From the human T2T-CHM13v2.0 reference genome, Homo sapiens, in NCBI RefSeq assembly GCF_009914755.1, contig NC_060929.1: a stretch of 64,000 bases of DNA; one strand, written 5' to 3'. The notes beneath the pieces were generated by a model. The model had not been told where the DNA came from, did not search any database, and saw only the letters and a list, made by a program, of their open reading frames with translations. Shown here one piece after another: positions 58,907 to 64,000 of the stretch; the stretch's first letter is position 1, and each line of letters starts with the position of its first letter. A program made the translations under genes and the position numbers.

Positions 58907-60382
58907 AGCTGGGTGTGGTGGCATGTGCCTGTGATCCCACCTACTCAGGAGGTTGAGTCAGGAGGATTGCTTGAGCCTAGGAGTTTTTAATTTTTTTTTT
59001 AATTTTACTTTAAGTTCTGGGATACATGTGTTGAATGTGCAGGTTTGTTACATAGGTATATATGTGCTATGGTAGTTTGCTGCATCTATCAACCCATCAT
59101 CTAGGTTTTAAGCCTCGCATGCATTAGGTATTTTTCCTAATGCTTTCCCTCCCCTTGCCCCCCATCCCCTGACAGGCCACAGTGTGTGATGTTCCACTCC
59201 CTGTGCCCATGTGTTCTCATTGTTCAACTCCCACTTATGAGTGAGAACATGCATTTTCTGTTCCTGTGTTAGTTTGCTGAGGATGATGGTTTCCAGCTTC
59301 ATCCATGTCTCTGCAAAGGACATTAACCCGTTATAGTATTCCATGGTGTATATGTGCCATATTTTCTTTATCCAGTCTATCATTGATGGGCATTTGGGTT
59401 GGTTCCAAGTCTTTGCTATTGTAAGTAGTGCTGCAATAAACATACGTGTGCATGTGTCTTTACAGTAGAATGATTTATAACCCTTTGGGTATATACCCAG
59501 TAACGGGATTGCTGGGTCAAATGGTATTTCTGGTTCTAGATCCTCGAGGAATTGCCATACCGTCTTCCACAATGATTGAACTAGTTTACACTCCTACCAA
59601 TAGTGTAAAAGCGTTCCTATTTCTCCACATCCCCACCAGCATCTGTTCTTTCCAGACTTTTTAATGATCACCATTCTAACTGGCGTGAGATGGTATCTCA
59701 TTGTGGTTTTGATTTGCATTTCTCTGGTGACCAGTGATGATGAGCATTTTTTCATATGTTTGTTGGCTGCATAAATGTCTTCTTTTGAGAAATGTCTGTT
59801 CATATCCTTTGCCCACTTTTTGATGGGGTTGCTTGTTTTTCTGTTGTAAATTTGTTTAAGTTCCCTGTAGATTCTGGATATTAGCCCTTTGTCAGATAGA
59901 TAGATTACAAACATTGTCTCCCATTCTGTAGGTTGCCTGTTTACTCTGATGATAGTTTCTTTTGCTGAGCAGAAGCTCTTTAGTTTAATTAGATCCCATT
60001 TGTCAATTTTGGTTTTTGTTGCAATTGTTTTTGGTGTTTTAGTCATGAAGTCTTTGCCCATGCTTATGTCCTGAATGGTATTGCATAGGTTTTCTTCTAG
60101 GGTTTTTATGGTTTTAGGTTTTACATTTAAGTCTTTAATCCATCTTGAGTTAATTTTTGTATAAGGTATAAGGAAGGGGTCCAGTTTCTGTTTTCTGCAT
60201 ATGGCTTGCCGGTTTTCCCATCACCATTTATTAAACAGGAAATCCTTTCCCCATTGCTTTTCTGAGCCCAGGAATTTGAGGCTGTAGTATACACTGATTA
60301 GACCTATGAATAGTCACTGCTCTCCAGCCTGGGCAACAAGACAGACCCTGTCCCTAAAAAATAAAAATAAATAAATAAATAA
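58907..60382 (+). mobile_element. FAM-like fossil Alu monomer split by an L1 insertion
   Basis: Halves at 58907-58985 and 60263-60382; 7SL-like CCTATGAATAGTCACTGC; outer TSD AAAGGTGGTGCTTT / AAAAGTGGTGTTTT. Confidence 0.78.
58986..60262 (-). mobile_element. 5'-truncated L1PA7/8-like element (~1.3 kb, ORF2 C-terminus plus 3'UTR)
   Basis: ORFs 59594..60061 and 59108..59572 are L1 ORF2p C-terminal sequence; TSD TGAGCCTAGGAGTTT / TGAGCCCAGGAATTT. Confidence 0.92.
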
Positions 60383-60703
60383 AAGTGGTGTTTTAATAAT
60401 TTCAGATGGCAAAATATCCAACTGGATGAAAGTTAATGAAACTCTCCTGGTGGAACATCACTAGAGCACATAAATAAGTGACAGCTGTGAAAAGTTTGGT
60501 TTCAACAGTAGGCTGGGCATTAGGACTCTATTGGGGTTGTTCATTTTAAGTTGTCACATTGTTTTGAGGGGAGGGGTGGGAGAGGGGGAGCTGTTTTGGT
60601 TTTTAGATATTCATGGGTCAATTACGTGCCAGGCTCTGTGTGACATGTCTTTCAGTCCACCCTAACGGTGAACTTACGTCTTCCTCCTTGTCCTCTAATA
60701 TGA

Positions 60704-61078
<375 letters not shown>

Positions 61079-62439
61079 TAGCTGTGAGTCATTCCCTCCA
61101 TTCTTGCTCCTTAAGATAGGGTCAGTTTGTAGACTGAGTAACAGATTTTCTTCACATGGCACAGAAAGACTCATGAAAGCAAGGAAAGGCAAGGATAGCC
61201 TGGTGATTCTGAAACTTTTAACTTAAATCATCCTTGTGAAAGATTAGCTTTATATCTGTTATGGTGCCAAGACAATAAAGGATTTTTAAAATCTGTTTTT
61301 TGTTTGTTTGTTTGTTTCCTCTAGATTTTTTTCCCCTGCATTTTTCATAAGTACAGAGTTGAGATCATAATTTATTTAAAGTTCTGTATGTTTCATTTTT
61401 GGGCTTTCAAAGAGTTTATCAGTATTTCTGAAATTGAAAATTTAGAAAGCATTTTCATTTAACACTTTAAAGCAGACATTATTGAAGGAAAAGTGTTGTG
61501 ATTCGTGAAATTGTTCTTAATGTGGAAACCCAAAAATCCAGTATTTTAACACCAAGAAAATTAAAATGGTCTTTTAAGAACCTAAGGTAGAAAGGATTTA
61601 GAAAGCCAAATTATTTCTTTTTAGAGGTAATTTTAGATGAGATAGATTTGTTTGACAATAACCCCTTATTTATTCTTTGTTTACATTTTTTAAATAAATG
61701 GAAAATATTGTATTTGTAACAAAAATGAGAATGAAGAAAAACTCACTTGCATACTATTTTATGTGATATTATCTCTCTAGTATGTGATTTTTAATTAAAC
61801 GCTGAAATTTATTTTTAATAGTGAGGATGAAGTACTAGATTTCACAGGTGATGGTGTGAGGTGAATTAGATGTTTCTAACTAAGTTCTCCATGCGACAAG
61901 GTATGGAGCACTCAGATACTGATGGTAGATATGGGCTGTGATGTGAAGTGGATGAGAGGCAGAACAATAGGCAAGACACACGTCCTTGGAGTGCCCTCCC
62001 TGCCTGTCCTGATGTGCTGTTAAGTTATCAAAGCTCCATCTCAGAGGACAGTTGTTTTGTGTTCTGTAAACACTGAAGTATAAACATGAGTTTACTTGGA
62101 ATATTTAAAGTCATGGACCAGTACTTACAATTCTAAAAATGAAAGAGAACAATATACAGTTGATGAGGTTGCACTTTTGGTTCAAATGAGATTGTAGACT
62201 AGTCTGTCTAAAATGCTACTTCAGCTATTTTACAGCACAGTTTGGTATGAAGTTTCATTTACCCAGTAGAAAATTCTATTAAAGTGGGTTTTAATTAAGG
62301 ATGTTTTTCAGATCTGTGTGTTTTTCTGAAGATGTGAATAACAGTAACTACTTCTAAGCCTATAACAAACAAAAAAATCCAAGACTTACCAGCTTCCAAA
62401 GTTGATGTTTTAAAATGTTGGCTGTTCTAGTATTTAGTC

Positions 62440-62625
62440 TTTTTTTTTATTATAGTAAAGCATACATAACATAACATTTACCATTTTATCCATTTTTAAA
62501 TGTATGGTTCAGTGGCATTAAGTAATTCCCATTGTTGTGCAACCATCACCACATTTTTTTTCATCTTTCCAAACTGAAGCTCTATATCCATTAAACATTA
62601 ATTCCTCACTTTCCCCTACTGTCCC
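62440..62625 (-). mobile_element. L1MB-type 3' fragment
   Basis: ACATAACATTTACCATTTT...CAGTGGCATTAAGTA. Confidence 0.7.
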
Positions 62626-62817
62626 CGTAGTTAGTCTTGATGGGAATAAATTTGCTTTTAAAATAGCAAAAGCACATACTTTCGGTGGGCCTTAAGAGTG
62701 TGTTTACTTGGTTAACCAAGCTGTAAAGGCAACAAAGCTATGTTCTTCTTAAATGCAAAAATTCTTTGGGCTAGGTAATTCTATCGTTTTTTTTTTTTTT
62801 CCACAAAAACATTATAA

Positions 62818-63116
<299 letters not shown>

Positions 63117-63249
63117 TGACATTATAATAGTTTAAGCAAACTTTTAAAATCTAAAATTTCAGGATTTGTCCTAAAGTAAATTTTTAACCACAGTGCAGAA
63201 CTAATTTACATGGCTTGATCATTGACCTTAAGTTTTGGTACATCTAGAT

Positions 63250-63475
63250 TAAGGCTTCTCAACCTCAACGCTATTGGAATTTTAGGTCTAATAATTCTTT
63301 GCTATGGGAGCCTCTTCTGTGCATTGCAGGGTGCTTAGCAGCATCCCTGGTCTCTACCCAACAGTAGCATCCTCCTATGTCAATAACATTCTGCAGTTGT
63401 AAAAACCAAAGATGTCCCTAGTGATTTCCAGATGTCCCCTGGGGGACAAAACTGCCCCTGGTTGAGAAGCACTGA
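63250..63475. mobile_element. MER20 DNA transposon relic
   Basis: TTCTCAACCT...AGCAGCATCCCTGGTCTCTACCCA...GGTTGAGAAGCACTG. Confidence 0.8.
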
Positions 63476-63493
63476 TGTAGATAATACCATTTT

Positions 63494-63737
63494 TAAAAAA
63501 TTTCATTTTGGAATAATTTTAGATTTCAGCAAAGTCACAGATATAATTTCTACACACCCTTCACCCATCTTCCTTAATATTAACATCTTACATAACACAA
63601 CTTGGTTAAAACTAAAAAATTAATATTAGTACAATGCTATTGACTAAACTATACACTTTATTCAAATACCTCATGTTTTACCACTAATGTCTCTTTTATG
63701 TTCTAGGGTCCAGTTCAGGGTACTACGTTGCATTTAG
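63494..63737 (-). mobile_element. Old L1M (MB/MC-like) 3' fragment with 14-bp flanking duplication
   Basis: GATAATACCATTTT at 63480 and 63738. Confidence 0.65.

Positions 63738-64000
<263 letters not shown>

Overview
Primate (almost certainly human) genomic DNA from the complement component 7 gene (C7) on the + strand. The window starts in intron 1 and ends in intron 15. It holds 14 consecutive coding exons (2-15), all with GT-AG sites. They splice in frame into the signal peptide, TSP1, LDLRA, MACPF, EGF, second TSP1 and two CCP domains. Exon 1 and exons 16-18 lie outside the window. The rest is intron, dominated by Alu, L1, L2, MIR, MaLR and DNA-transposon relics, and almost all non-C7 ORFs in the supplied track are repeat-derived noise. 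I found no new gene or gene system. The most unusual structure is a ~5.2 kb insert in intron 1 (9016-14237). It looks like an MST/MaLR LTR-element transcript that started at its own transcription start site and read ~1.35 kb past its 3' LTR. It was then apparently polyadenylated and re-inserted by L1 machinery, leaving a target-site duplication (TSD). Other points of interest are two templated-insertion repair scars, three Alus stacked at one target site, a long AG-exclusion zone before exon 3, a candidate intron-6 enhancer and a Pro587 allele. Repeat subfamily names come from recalled consensus motifs and their boundaries are approximate.
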